Of a stretch of DNA of 64,000 bases, positions 11,125-23,526 are shown piece by piece (positions within the stretch are counted from its first letter, which is position 1; each line of letters starts with the position of its first letter). Position numbers and translations under genes: made by a program. The notes under the pieces were generated by a model. It saw only the letters and a program-made list of their open reading frames with translations. It ran no database searches and had not been told where the DNA came from. The DNA is from an uncultured bacterium (GTDB taxonomy: Bacteria > Acidobacteriota > HRBIN11 > JAKEFK01): contig CAVZQN010000007.1 of NCBI GenBank assembly GCA_963777505.1, forward strand, positions 128,001-192,000, read 5' to 3'.

Positions 11125-14100
11125 ATGTCAGTAGAACGATTCGAGAAAGCCACTGAATTGCTTTGTGCCGCGACTCGAAATTGATTCCGAACAACGTTCC
11201 GGCTTCCTAAAACAGGCCTGTAGCGGTGATGAAGCACTACTGTCGGAAGTCGAGTCGCTATTAGCTGCACACTTTAAAGCTGGACAATTCATCCAAACAC
11301 CTCCTGTTCAAAATGCAATCGATCTGCTTTCTGATCATGAAGAAAGACTATCCACCGGCGAACAAATTGGCGCGTATAAGATTGTTAGAGAAATCGGGCG
11401 CGGTGGGATGGGAGCGGTTTATCTTGCGGAACGATCTGATGAGCAATACAAAAAGTATGTAGCCATCAAATTGTTAAAGCGCGGAATGGATACCGATGAT
11501 TTGCTTCGACATTTCCGCAGAGAACGCCAAATCCTTGCTACCTTCGACCATCCAAACATCGCTCGTTTACATGATGGCGGCAGCACAAAAACAGGCCTCC
11601 CCTACTTCGTCATGGAATATGTTGAAGGCAAGCCGATTGATGATTATTGTGATGAACACGAACTGAATATCACTCAACGTCTGGAACTCTTTCAGCAAGT
11701 TTGCGCCGCCGTTTCGTATGCACATCGGAATCTTGTTGTACATCGTGACATCAAGCCATCCAATATTCTGGTAACAAACGAAGGGATTCCAAAACTTCTG
11801 GATTTTGGAATTGCAAAAATTTTGCAGACGGAAGAACCAGGATTGACTGCAACCGGCATTCGCTTGATGACTCCAGAATTCGCAAGTCCTGAACAAGCAC
11901 AAGGGCTTCCCGTTACCACATCCAGCGATGTTTATTCACTTGGCGTCGTTCTATTTGAACTTTTGACAGGACGTTCGCCATACCTCTTTACAAATCGGAC
12001 ACCGTTAGAAGTTGCACGCGTCATTACTACATCGAACCCACAGTTGCCCAGTGCAATGATTACAGTGAAAGCAAACGCCGGATCTTCGAAATCTTTCAAA
12101 TTTCCCGAAGGAAGCCTCGATCGCTTGCGCCGTAGACTCGAAGGCGATCTCGACAACATTGTGTTGATGGCATTGCGAAAAGAAGCAGCGCGACGATATC
12201 AATCGGTTGAACAATTTTCCGAAGATATCCGCAGACATCTTGAAGGACTTCCGGTTGTTGCACGGAAAGATACTTTCTCATATCGTGCCTCAAAGTTTGT
12301 GCAACGCAATAAAGTTGCAGTTGCCGCCTTCGTATTTGCAATTCTTGCTATTGTCATATCCGCAACTGTCGCTGGCATCATTCAATGGCGCGCGAATCAG
12401 CAAGCGAAATTTTTGCAGGAATTTGGAGCAGAAGCTGCACGTATTGAAGGAATCATGCGTTATGCGTATCTGATGCCTTTGCACGATACTTCGCAGGAAC
12501 GGGAAATTGTTATGAAACGGATTCGAGCCATCACTGCGCGCATGGCTGAATTAGGTAGTAACGCACAAGGGCCAGGCCATTATGCGATTGGAAGAGGATT
12601 CATGGCCTTGCAACAGTATGAAGATGCACGAAAACATTTTGCACAAGCCCTGAATGATCATGAATATAGAACGTCTGAAGTTGCTTACTCATATGGCTTA
12701 ACTTTAGCGATGCTCTATCAGACTGAACTCCAATCAGCTGCCCGCATCGGAAGCAAAGAACAGAGAGAAATGCGGATGAAAGAAATTCAGAAAGATTACA
12801 AAGATCCAGCGCTATCTTTCATTCGTGAAGGAAGACGTTCGGAAGAATATTCAGAGTATGCCGAGGCAGTTGTTGAGTTTCTTGATGAGCGTTATGAGAA
12901 AGCGATTGAAAAATCAGAAAAAGCCTTGCAACAAATTCCATGGTTATATGAATCAAAAAGGTTGGAAGGAGAGGCGTATCGCAGTATTGGAAGGCAATTA
13001 TTTTTTAAAGGAAATCATTCGCAAGCGCTGGATTCGTTCGCGAAAGCGGGTAATGCATTTGAACTCAGCACTCGAATAGGAGCCAGCGATTCCATGGGTT
13101 ACGTAGGGTTTTGCACCTTGAAGTCGAGCATTGTTCGCGTGCAGATTCGAACAGGTGTGCAAGCAGATACTAATTACAGAATAGGGACGGAATCATGCCA
13201 GAAAGCGTTGATGGCTGACCCGAAAAACGCTGCGGCGTACCTTGCACTTTCTAATATCCATACATCCTGGGCAGAAAATTACACAAATCGCCAAATGGCA
13301 TATAGACGCCCTGTTCTTGAACTGGCGGTTCAAGCCGCTCAAAAAGCTATCTTGTTGAAGCCCCAAAGTTCAGAAATGCATAAGGGAATGGGAATGGCTT
13401 ATTCCAACTTAGCCTATGAGGACATCCTGGACACCGTTGATCCAAGCAAGGCAGTTACTGCCGGTATCGAAAGTTTTGAAAAAGCGACAAAAATCAATCC
13501 AAACGATGTGGATTCACACTTATGGCGCGCTACCTTACTGTGGTACTTAGCTGAATATTTGAGAGAAACCGGTGCAGATCCGCGGGAAGCCTTAGATGAT
13601 GCAAATCCCTCTTTGCAAACCGCTATTCGGTTAAACCCAAACTATTTTAGTGCTTACCATTGTAAAGGAAACATTCATAACGTCAGGGGCCTTTATGAAA
13701 TGGATGTTGGCCTGGACCCAACTGATTCATTGGACTCTGCTCTGGAAATGCTGAAAAAAGCTATAAAAATAAATCCGGGTTATTTCAACGCGTATATTTC
13801 GCTTGGATTTGCAGCTGTAAGTAAAGGAGAATACCTGTCTTTGGTCGGACACAATCCTAATGACACTTTAAATCTAGCAGAGGAAACTTTTCAGAATGCC
13901 ATGCAAATCAATCCCAATTTTCATGAATTATTCAGAGGATTGGCGCAGTCAAATTGGAAAAGAGCAGAATTCTGTGTGGAGCATAAGACAGATCCGACTT
14001 TGTATTTGAAACAGGCGCGATCTTTCATTCAGAAAGCCTTCGAAGCAGATAAGAGTAGCAGAGTCATATATTCGCTTTGGGGAGAGATCGAATTGATTGC

Positions 14101-14527
14101 CGCACGGTGGAAAATGTTACAGCAGAGCAATCCTGAGACCGAACTTCAAAGAGCAATCGAATGGGAAAATCGAGGCCTAAACATAGGTCCTACCCCTAAA
14201 TTCTTTGATGCCTGGTATTCACAGGCAAGAGTGTATCACCGGTGGGCAGAATGGAATCTTGTAAATAAGCGCAATGCGGATCGAGAACTAAGGCTTGGCT
14301 TAGACATGGTATCCAGTGCCCTTAAAATCAAACCACGTTCTGCTGAAATGATTGCAACACGTGGAATCTTTTTTCTTTTTCAAGCGCGTTCAGCGAGCAA
14401 CGTCTCTCAACGCAAAGCATTCGCTGACAAAGCACAAATGACTATCCAAGAGGCGCTCAAATTAAATGCAAATTTAACCCGCTTATACACACCTTACCTC
14501 AAAGAAGCTGAAAGTTTAGTTCAATAA
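11125..14527 (+). CDS. Membrane Ser/Thr protein kinase with C-terminal TPRs (frameshift near 11172)
   Basis: Likely start MSVERFEKATEL at 11125; GRGGMGAVY, VAIK, HRDIKPSN, DFGIAK; TM segment; many TPR-like repeats. Confidence 0.92.
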
Positions 14528-14562
14528 ATGACGTTGATCCATTGACTTCAGATATCTCTGGA

Positions 14563-15156
14563 CTAAAGATTCGCTTTTTCAACAGTGATCTTGCTGTCCT
14601 TGGCGCGGGTAGCCTTCACGAAATAAACGACGAACTCTTCCGGTTCGAGAAGATAGAAGCTGACAACTTTGTTGCCTGCATCATCACTTAATTTCGGCGG
14701 CATGAATTCCTTTTCAGCTTTCTTGATCAAATCCATCGCACCAATGTTCCGTTTTGAATCGGTCAGCACCATTCCCGCGCCTAGATCTTTATGAAAACGG
14801 GTAATGATTTCTGCCCACCATGCAGCCGGCGCATCCGCACCACAAGCGTCTAGAATTCTGGATACGGCACCATTATCCGAAACGCTCAATATTGTGTCAC
14901 CGGATAACAATGCGTAATTGAGTTGATACGAAAGTGGCCGAACATTATGTCCGGCTGTATAAAACGAACAGGAACCGTGTCGAAGATTTTCGACTTCATC
15001 AACTCGAACCTCATCAACCTTCCAGGCATGTTCATCGTGCACTTTGTTTGCGATTTTTAGACGAATGCTATCATCCATTTTGTTATCCTCCAGATTTGCC
15101 GTGCCGAAACTTAAAGCAACGACCACCGCAAATAAGGTTATTTGCATCAGATTCAA
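14563..15156 (-). CDS. Exported hypothetical protein, candidate immunity partner of 15153..17072
   Basis: N-terminal signal-peptide-like stretch (MQITLFAVVVALSFGTA); ATGA overlap with the upstream gene. Confidence 0.7.
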   Translation of the reverse strand: MNLMQITLFAVVVALSFGTANLEDNKMDDSIRLKIANKVHDEHAWKVDEVRVDEVENLRHGSCSFYTAGHNVRPLSYQLNYALLSGDTILSVSDNGAVSRILDACGADAPAAWWAEIITRFHKDLGAGMVLTDSKRNIGAMDLIKKAEKEFMPPKLSDDAGNKVVSFYLLEPEEFVVYFVKATRAKDSKITVEKANL

Positions 15157-17072
15157 TGGTTATCAAGATTTCCGCTAGGCAGTGGAGCCGGATCATTAGG
15201 CTTAGCCCATGTTGATGGATCCTCTGCAATCACAGTGTTCCAGTTACTTGCATCTACTTTTTTACCGCTCATCTTGCTTAATAAGTCGTAAAATTTAGCT
15301 GCCTCTGCCGGGTCCTTCAACGCTTCCTTAGCGTATTTACCGTAAAAACTGCTGGGATCAAGCTGCCATGAAATACGTTGCTTCATCGCTTCTTCGTTTG
15401 TTGGCACTCGACCATAGCGCGCCTGGAATCCAACATGCCACGCACGATATTCCGCTTCGAAATATTTATATGTCTTTGCAACTTCATCCTTATTCAGAAT
15501 ATGGCTAACTTCATGCGGCATCGTAGAAAGAACCATATGCTGCGTCTTCACGTTTTCAACCATCTTGTTGTTATCGGCTGCAATAAATCCTTTATTCAGC
15601 GAAATAGTCTTCGTGTCATGATCACCTTCACCATGGGTGTTGTCGGTGTAGCTCTTCCATTGAAGTTTAAAGTCGGATTTTGGATCGAGCAACTTGTTGA
15701 GTGTGTTATCAACAATTTTACGATCTCCCGCATCATATGAAGAAAGATAGCCCACCATTTTCAGCGATCGCTGTTTATCACCAAGATCCTGTCCGGTGAA
15801 CCATTCCTTTTGCAGCATCCGTTGCGTGTTGGCAACTGCACGCGCATCCGGATAATTCTTCACCTGACTGAGCACAGCAGTCTTTTCTTCGGGCTTGAGT
15901 GCTTCAAACTTCGGATCAGCAAGGAGATTTTTTACGTTTTCTGAATACTTCGGATCAGCTTTAGCCCCTGCCAGTCCTTCAGTAACTAATGCTTTATTTG
16001 CATCGGTTAATTTTGTAAAGCCAGGTGAACCGATCAGATTTAAAGTGTTATCCACTTTCTCAGTCGTAGTTGGTGGATTCTTCGCAATCGTATCAACCAC
16101 TGAATCTTTGACTTTATCGTTTGAATTTCGGAAAGCCGGACTCCCAGCCATTTTTCCGAGACCTTCCGCAAGCTGTGCATCATCCGGACGCGTCTTCAAC
16201 GCACCCATCATTTTGTTCTGCGTGTCATTCGAAAGCTGCTCAAAACCTTTGGATGTTGCGAGCTTTGTCAGATTGTCGATTTTTCCCGGATCACCGGCAT
16301 ACCCTTTCACCTGGTTCAGTACTTCTGTTTTTGTTGCATCGTTTAGCTTCTGAAATGTTGCATCATTGGCGAGAGTACTTAATTGCGATGTGAACTTCGC
16401 GTCATCCGGACGCGCTTTCTGCATGTCCAGCATTTGTTGCTGATGAGCGGTGGAAAGATTGGATAATCCTGGACTTGTAGCGAAATTACGGAGGTTTTCT
16501 ACTTTCGTTTTATCCTGATCATATTCAGTCATCAGCTTGCGCGTCTGATCTTTGATTCCGGGATCAACTTTTTTGAAATTCGGATCGTTTTCCAAAAGGA
16601 CGCGGTTCTGTGTTGCGACCCCTGCATCACCGTCTTTCTTCAACCCATTTGCTTTCTGGAATTCTTCGACCGCTTTCTCCGTTTTTGGCCCGAAATATCC
16701 ATCTTCTTTAACCGGGTCCTTGCCGTTTTCGGTGCGCCACTGATTTACTTGCTTTTGGAGTTCCTCGACTTCCGGTTTAGGCTCTTTCTGATTATCATTG
16801 CGTTTTAATACTTCATCCGTAGGAAGTTTCGGAGCTTCAGCCTCTTTATTGAAGCCAACGAACTGGGCTGCACGCGCCATTCCTGATAAAGCAAACTCGC
16901 TAAACTTGCTAGTTTGCCCTTTCTGATCAGTCGGAATAGACGGTGCAGGGCTGTCGGCTGGTGTCGGAGTGCTTGTTTTTGTTTCGGCCGGCTTCGTTGT
17001 GTCTACACTGCTTGCCGCATCGGTTTGTGGAGACTGAGGCGGCGGTGCGCCACTTCCAATTTTGTCAACCAT
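15153..17072 (-). CDS. PG-binding domain + ~37-aa helical repeats + HExxH metallopeptidase-like C-terminus; putative secreted effector
   Basis: EVEELQKQVN...DGYFGPKTEKAVEEFQKANGLKKDG; about 8 repeats; PHEVSH...EAEYRAW; no signal peptide. Confidence 0.8.
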   Translation of the reverse strand: MVDKIGSGAPPPQSPQTDAASSVDTTKPAETKTSTPTPADSPAPSIPTDQKGQTSKFSEFALSGMARAAQFVGFNKEAEAPKLPTDEVLKRNDNQKEPKPEVEELQKQVNQWRTENGKDPVKEDGYFGPKTEKAVEEFQKANGLKKDGDAGVATQNRVLLENDPNFKKVDPGIKDQTRKLMTEYDQDKTKVENLRNFATSPGLSNLSTAHQQQMLDMQKARPDDAKFTSQLSTLANDATFQKLNDATKTEVLNQVKGYAGDPGKIDNLTKLATSKGFEQLSNDTQNKMMGALKTRPDDAQLAEGLGKMAGSPAFRNSNDKVKDSVVDTIAKNPPTTTEKVDNTLNLIGSPGFTKLTDANKALVTEGLAGAKADPKYSENVKNLLADPKFEALKPEEKTAVLSQVKNYPDARAVANTQRMLQKEWFTGQDLGDKQRSLKMVGYLSSYDAGDRKIVDNTLNKLLDPKSDFKLQWKSYTDNTHGEGDHDTKTISLNKGFIAADNNKMVENVKTQHMVLSTMPHEVSHILNKDEVAKTYKYFEAEYRAWHVGFQARYGRVPTNEEAMKQRISWQLDPSSFYGKYAKEALKDPAEAAKFYDLLSKMSGKKVDASNWNTVIAEDPSTWAKPNDPAPLPSGNLDNH

Positions 17073-17124
17073 GATGATACTCCAAGGGGTTAATTAATTA
17101 ATTTTAACATACGCCCAATTAGGA

Positions 17125-17151
17125 TTATCGGACGTGAACGGTGAAAGTTGT
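17125..17151 (-). promoter_or_regulatory. Sigma28-like promoter (ACAA-N15-TCCGATAA)
   Basis: Resembles TAAA-N15-GCCGATAA; about 50 nt upstream of ATG 17072. Confidence 0.4.
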
Positions 17152-17234
17152 GCCATCGGAGCACGGATGTCTCGAGCCAAAATTAATTTTGAGATTGATA
17201 AGTATTCCTAGCGGCTTGTAGCACCAGCTAGATA

Positions 17235-17843
17235 TCAATCATCGTTTGGAATTGCACCAAACTCTTTTAAGCGAATTTTTGCAGCAGCGCGGCTAACTCC
17301 GAAACGTTCCGTAACTTCGTTGAGTAATTTCTCCGTTTCGGATGGAGCGCTGGCATACTCCTGCATCAGCTCTGCAGGCATCAGAAGTTCGGCTGCAAAT
17401 TGATTCGCGCGCACTTCAGTGTAATCCACCGCGTTTGTCTTTTGGATCTCACCCGGAAAATCACGGCATGCAAACGAGACCTGATGTTTTTTTCGAAAGT
17501 CCCAATAATGGCCAAGCTCATGTGCTTTCGTAAAACGGCAAAAGCCTGCATTGCCATTCTTTTCAGTAAAGATCAAACCATGTCCATTCTTAAAAAAAAT
17601 GAAACCTGCCAGCGCTTCATCTGTATCGTCTGACCAATCATATTCAATCCCAATCTTGTTCAGGTAGGCAGAAACTCGACCGAATGTTAATTCTTCGAAT
17701 TCAATTAATGAGATCGGATACAACAATTGAATAATGTCATCAAGTGGACGCGGAAATACATCGACAAATTCTGGAGCAAGGCGCGCGAGGTCATACAGCA
17801 ATTCATCGACACGTCTTTGAGCGATACGGTGTTTGCGTTCCAT
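17235..17843 (-). CDS. ImmA/IrrE-family metallo-endopeptidase
   Basis: RFTKAHELGH and EVRANQFAAELLMP; FGVSRAAAKIRL. Confidence 0.88.
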   Translation of the reverse strand: MERKHRIAQRRVDELLYDLARLAPEFVDVFPRPLDDIIQLLYPISLIEFEELTFGRVSAYLNKIGIEYDWSDDTDEALAGFIFFKNGHGLIFTEKNGNAGFCRFTKAHELGHYWDFRKKHQVSFACRDFPGEIQKTNAVDYTEVRANQFAAELLMPAELMQEYASAPSETEKLLNEVTERFGVSRAAAKIRLKEFGAIPNDD

Positions 17844-17844
17844 T

Positions 17845-18315
17845 TTATTTCTGTGGTTTCTTACGAGCTGCTTTCCGGATAACCGTTTCTCCAGATGACA
17901 TCGAATGCAGCACGATTGCGCGCTTCAATATAGTAAAGAGCGGACGCAGACTGAATTGCGGATGCTCTTTCACGAACTCGGTACAAAATTCAAATAACGT
18001 CTTGTCCTTGACTGGCTCTAGACTCCCCTGCAGCACTCTTACATCACGAACACTAACACCCAGTTCTTTTGCCGCGTCATGATCTGATTTTTGTTCAGCA
18101 CTCATAATAAAGCTCAAATGATATCCTGCAGTTCCTGGAATTCCGGAGGCAAGCTTAGAAAGATTCAGTGTACCTTTACGAATATTGTAATCATGAATAG
18201 CGATCAGTGTTTCTTCAGATGGAATATCTTTCGCATTCTCTTTGAGCAATCGGCTAAATCCTGATTCTGTTTCAAGAAAATGTTTCTTTGAGGATCGCTT
18301 TTTTTCAGGACTCAT
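17845..18315 (-). CDS. Hypothetical protein, possible degenerate HTH/anti-sigma
   Basis: Coupled between the sigma factor and ImmA; DHDAAKELGVSVRDV is HTH-like; C-terminal RKAARKK. Confidence 0.6.
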   Translation of the reverse strand: MSPEKKRSSKKHFLETESGFSRLLKENAKDIPSEETLIAIHDYNIRKGTLNLSKLASGIPGTAGYHLSFIMSAEQKSDHDAAKELGVSVRDVRVLQGSLEPVKDKTLFEFCTEFVKEHPQFSLRPLFTILKRAIVLHSMSSGETVIRKAARKKPQK

Positions 18316-18845
18316 CGAATAGATCCTCCGGCTTCAATTGAAGTTCTTTTGCGATCCGGACGACTTCCGTTTTCAGCGTACGCTGAAGGTATTGCACCCG
18401 CATGACTTTTATCTCCAGTATTTCGGATATTTCTTTTGCTGAATATCCTTGCGATGTGAGCTCAAAAATGGTCCGCATTGGAGGCGGGCCTCTTTCCGCC
18501 AGATAACGCCAGCAGCAGTTTTTCTCGATTTTGTGCTTGAGGCGTTTCGATTCCAGACTTCCCTTCGATGCTCACATCTTCTGCATCTATATGGATATAC
18601 GATTTCCGCTGCTTCCTTTTGCGAAGTTCATCATGGGCTCGAAAGGAAGCCTTGCGTACCATCCATGAAATCAAAGGGACGCCTCGTGAAGGATCGAATT
18701 TTGCTCCACCCTGGGAAAGTTCTTCTAACAAAGCCTGACTCGCAATTTCTTGCGCATCTGCCTGATTGAATCCGTACTTGTGCATTATGTACGAAACCAT
18801 GACGCCATAGGATTCATACAATTTGCCAATGTCCTCGTCCATCAT
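18305..18845 (-). CDS. ECF/sigma70-like RNA polymerase sigma factor (frameshift near 18480)
   Basis: Region-2-like DAQEIASQALL...FDPSRG..ISW; second frame gives region-4 HTH GYSAKEISEILEIKV and stops at 18305. Confidence 0.72.
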
Positions 18846-18930
18846 CCAGTAGAGATTATATTTCACCACCGATTAGTTCGGATGTATTTTTTCTAATGAA
18901 TGAGCCTCTTAGTAACTTAGGAGGATCGAA

Positions 18931-19758
18931 GTGAAAAGATATTCTCGGATAGGAGTGCTACTGTTCGTTGCTACATTTGTTCTTTTAGCCGCTAATTTCG
19001 TTTATGCAGATAAGGAAGACCGTCTTTACGATTTTACGGACAATTACTACAAGATCAATGGAATCGACCCCGCCAAAATTCAAGGCCGGCGAAATGGAAT
19101 TGATGGTTTATCTGTTTTTGATACGCCTTTTTTCGCTTTTCAACGAAATGTGCGCGCCATTTTTACGCTTCCCGCATACAAACACAATGGTGATTTGGAA
19201 TACTGGTCGGTAATGGGCGATGTTTTCGTTGATGGTTTCACAAACAACGCAGCCGGACGCAAAGCAAAACAAATTGCGGACCGTGCAATCCTTTATGTTT
19301 TTCCAACCCGTGATGGTGACCCTATAGGACTCGGCAATAATAGACAGGCCGATATTATGGATATGCGTAATGGGTACTTCAGCGGAAACCCATTGGGACT
19401 TTGGCTCCATGTGTGGATTCGTTATACGGATAAAGCATTCAATACTTCCAAAGGTCGAAAAATGCTTGACGATCTCGCAAAAAATAATGGGCTGGCTCTT
19501 GATGGAACTCCCATTATCAGAACCTTAAGCGAACTCGAGAATTTGCTTCAAAATGGATTTGCAGCAAAACGTTTCCGGAATCCAAATGGGTCAGAAGGAC
19601 CAATGTATGGTATTTGTCCGGTTATTGAAGATCCGACAGATGGCGGCATCGCACCAGATGCATTTCTAATAACTGTACGGAAAGCAGATGGTACTCCGCT
19701 TGAGCGTGAGTTTGTGGTGAATTTCGATAGCCTGCAAAAAACCGGCGATTGGGATTAG
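18931..19758 (+). CDS. Secreted hypothetical protein
   Basis: RBS AGGAGG, GTG start, Sec signal peptide (VLLFVATFVLLAANFVYA), 275 aa. Confidence 0.8.
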   Translation: MKRYSRIGVLLFVATFVLLAANFVYADKEDRLYDFTDNYYKINGIDPAKIQGRRNGIDGLSVFDTPFFAFQRNVRAIFTLPAYKHNGDLEYWSVMGDVFVDGFTNNAAGRKAKQIADRAILYVFPTRDGDPIGLGNNRQADIMDMRNGYFSGNPLGLWLHVWIRYTDKAFNTSKGRKMLDDLAKNNGLALDGTPIIRTLSELENLLQNGFAAKRFRNPNGSEGPMYGICPVIEDPTDGGIAPDAFLITVRKADGTPLEREFVVNFDSLQKTGDWD

Positions 19759-19909
19759 TTCTCGCTTAGTAATACGTCGCTTGTCATGGGGTTGAAAAAT
19801 CTCAAGACAAGCGATGCCTCTTGCCCCCGCATGAACAATGCATCTGAAGCCTGGCCATATCCAACTCTTCCCTTTTCTTATTCTTGACAGTTCATAATAT
19901 ATTGTTGAT

Positions 19910-20462
19910 ATGCAGATCAAGCGTCTGGAGCCAAGCTCCATTCAACAAAAGTCAACAACAGAAAACACAGAAACGAACTCTTCATCCTCAGTCAATTTGA
20001 ACTCCGGAGTTGGCAACATAAAAGATGGTTTTGAACCACTAAAAGTAGATGAAGGATCAACGAGACCCTTAAAGCTCAATTTTGTAAAACAGCAAATGAC
20101 TGCTTATATGAGTTCGAAAATAGCCACAAAGCGCAAACGATCCGATGTTTGCTGTCATGGACGAGTACTTAAAAATGAATGACAATGAAATTGGTTCGGC
20201 TCACGGCTCACGTGATATTTTTCAAACAGTAGATACCGACGCAACGTCTGAGCTTACACTTGGCCAAACCTCCCGCCTGAATCGAGGAAACGCAAGAAAC
20301 CACGTTGATACGCAAGGCAAACCATTAAACGAACTAAAACAATCCGCAAGCGACATCAAAGAAACGCTACTTCAGAATGCCGGCCTTGATGAAGACAAAA
20401 AGAACGTAATGAACCGTTATGAAAGAATTTCTTTGTGGATCAGAGCCCGAGAAGACGATTAG
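19910..20462 (+). CDS. Hypothetical putative secreted substrate (frameshift near 20150)
   Basis: MQIK start, GVGNIKDGFE motif and EDKK segment shared with 49172..49690. Confidence 0.6.
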
Positions 20463-20545
20463 ACAGAGAGAAAAGATAGTGTGGTTGGAAACTACTAATC
20501 ACCGGGTTTAGGAAAGCGCCGTAACTCCGTGGTAACTTTATCTTG

Positions 20546-23526
20546 ATGCAAAAGGCGACAATCCTTTTGATTCACTTCTTGCTCTACTGCAGTTCTACCT
20601 TTGCCCTGGATCCGAACAAAGCCATTACTCAATATGTACGCGATTCCTGGCAAGTCGAAAATGGTCTTCCACAAAACTCCGCCATGTGCATTTTACAAAC
20701 ACGCGATGGTTATCTCTGGATTGGAACAGAAGAAGGGCTCGCGCGTTTTGATGGCGTCCGCTTTAAGGTGTTCGACAAATCAAACACTAAAGAAATCGAA
20801 GAAAATTGGATGAATGGTCTCGCGCAAGACCGCAATGGAACACTCTGGATTGGGACTGATGGTGGTGGGTTGCTGCGCTACAAAGCGGGCAAGTTTGAAC
20901 GTTTTATGCCTAAAGAAATTCATCCAAGGGTTTGGCCAATTTATGAAGATCGCAAAGGAACTTTGTGGGTTGGCACTCTTGGAGGCGGACTCTTCCAGGT
21001 TAAAAACGAAAAGATTCTCCGCAAATACAAAGTCAACGATGGACTCTCCAGCAATGCAATCTGGTCAATTCTGGAAGATAAGAAAGGAAACCTTTGGATT
21101 GGAACAGCGAAAGGTCTAGATCTTTTGAAAAATGGAAAGTTTGTTCAGTATGCACCGATTGAACGAGTCGCTGCACTCAATGAAGACCGCGAAGGAAATT
21201 TATGGGTTGGGAGTGGCAATGGCGGGCTCTGGCGTTTTCGTGATGGCAAATCGGTGATGTTCTCAACAAAGGATGGATTAATTAACAACATCATTGGCAG
21301 CATTTTAGAAGATCGCGCCGGAAACGTTTGGATTGGTACAAACGGAGGCGGCTTGAGCCGGTGGAAAGATGGTTTATTCGAATCGTTTCAACTCACAACC
21401 GGCGATCAGAATTTTGCACTTCATGAAGATCGAGAAGGAAGCCTCTGGATTGGATTAGTTCCAGGAGGTTTGCACCGGCTGGCGGATGGCGCTTTTGTGA
21501 GTTTCGGAATCGAAGAAGGACTTCCGGATGATCATGTTTTTTCTGTTCATGAAGGTAAACAAGAAGGCGTTTGGATTGGAACAAGTGGCGGTGTAGCGCA
21601 GAAACAAAAAGACGGCAGCTGGATCAAATATTCCAAGTTGAATGGTCTTTCCAGCAATTCGATTAGTGCCGTGTTCGAAGATACTGAAGGATTTCTGTGG
21701 GTAGGCACTTATGATTCGGGATTGAACCGCTGCAAGAATGGAAAATGCATTCAGTTCACAAGACAATCCAGTTCGAGTGTGGAACCTGAGAATCCGATCT
21801 GGTCTCTTCAAGAGGATCGAGATGGAGGAATGTGGATTGGTACAAATGGAGCGGGAGTTTCTTCGCTCAAGAATGGAAAATTTACTGACTATTCTACTTC
21901 GCAAGGACTTTCCGATATTGATGTGCACGCAATCGTTCAAGATGATGATGGCAGTCTTTGGTTTGGAACAGAAGGTGGCGGGCTGAATCATCTGAGCAAT
22001 GGTAAATTTCGCGTTTACACGAGTCGTGATGGACTTTCAAATGATCGGATTCTCAGCCTTTATAAAGATGCTGAAGGAAATTTGTGGATAGGCACGCGCG
22101 AGGGCTTGAATCGTCATTACAAAGGGAAATTTACTCAGTACAGAAAAAAAGACGGCCTGTTTGACGATCTTATTCATGGGGTTCGTGAAGACGATCAAGG
22201 AAACTTATGGATGACCTGCAATCGTGGTGTTTTCAGGGTTAGCAAAAAAGAGTTAAACGATTTCGCATTGGGAAACATCACTTCTATACGTTCTATTGTT
22301 TATGGAAAACCGGATGGCTTAAGAACATCCGAGTGTATCGGAGCAAATCAGCCGGGACTTTGGAAATCGCATGATGGCAAGTTGTGGGTTCCAACGATCC
22401 GCGGAGTCGGCGTTGTTGATCCTTCTCAACTGATGGCTAATAAAGTTAAACCTCCTGTTTATATTGAAGACATTTTGATTGATGATGTTCCGTTCATTAG
22501 GACAAAAGGCTCAGGCAATTGAATTTTCGCCAGGAAAGAAGAAATTTGAATTTCGTTACACCTCTCTCAGTTTATTAATTCCGCAAAGAGTAAAATTTCG
22601 CTACAAGCTGGTGGGTTTTGATCAAGATTGGGTAGAAGCCGGCACAAGGCGAGTCGCCTATTACACTGGACTCACTCCGGGTCACTATCGTTTCAGTGTG
22701 ATAGCCAGCAATAACGATGGACTTTGGAATGAGACTGGCGATTCACTTGGTTTTTATTTAAAGCCATATTTTTATCAGACCTTCTGGTTTTACTTATTGT
22801 GCGCCATCGGTCTTTCTTTGGTAGCGGCTGCGATCTACCGTTTCCGGATCAAGAAAATCAAAGCGGAATTCGATGCAGTGCTGGCTGAACGTACACGGAT
22901 TGCGCGAGAAATTCATGATACTCTCGCGCAGGGTTTATCTGGAATTGTTTTGCAGCTTGATGCTGCACAAGAAGTCAAAAGTCAGAAAGAATCCAATTAT
23001 CATTTTTCAAAAGCCCAGGATCTTGCAAGAAGCAGTTTGAAAGAAGCCCGTCGAACAATCTGGGCATTGCGACCACAAGAGCTGGAATCATCTGGATTAC
23101 CAACTGCAATTTCGGAAACTGCAAAAAGAATCATTGCTGATAGCGATCTGCAATTTCAAATGAATGTGATCGGAGAACCGCGCAAACTTTCACCGCAAGT
23201 AGAGGAACAACTTCTTCGCATTTCACAAGAAGCCATCACAAACGTTATGAAGCATGCCCGCGCAAAAGCTCTTTGGGTCGGAAGTGAAGTATGAATCAAA
23301 CAAGATCGAGTTGTTGGTGCGGGATGATGGTGTCGGATTCAATCCGGATACCGCTTCGACAGATGGGCATTTTGGATTGACTGGCATCAAAGAACGCGTG
23401 CATCAAATCAAAGGAGCACTCCGCATTCAGAGTCAACCGGAAACAGGAACCGAACTACTTCGTTTCTGTGTCTTTGTAGGGGCGGGTAAAAATACGTACT
23501 ACTCCAAATGTATAATACCGCGTTGA
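20546..23526 (+). CDS. Sensor histidine kinase with beta-propeller (Reg_prop) and Y_Y_Y domains, HisKA_3 (frameshifts ~22510, ~23280, ~23460)
   Basis: Repeated EDxxGxLWIGT blades; YKLVGFDQDW...YTGLTPGHY; ERTRIAREIHDTLAQ; VRDDGVGF, GHFGLTGIKER. Confidence 0.9.

Noticed and set aside
19885-19912. Sigma70 promoter from TTGACA before 19910
   Set aside because: No -10 hexamer at canonical spacing
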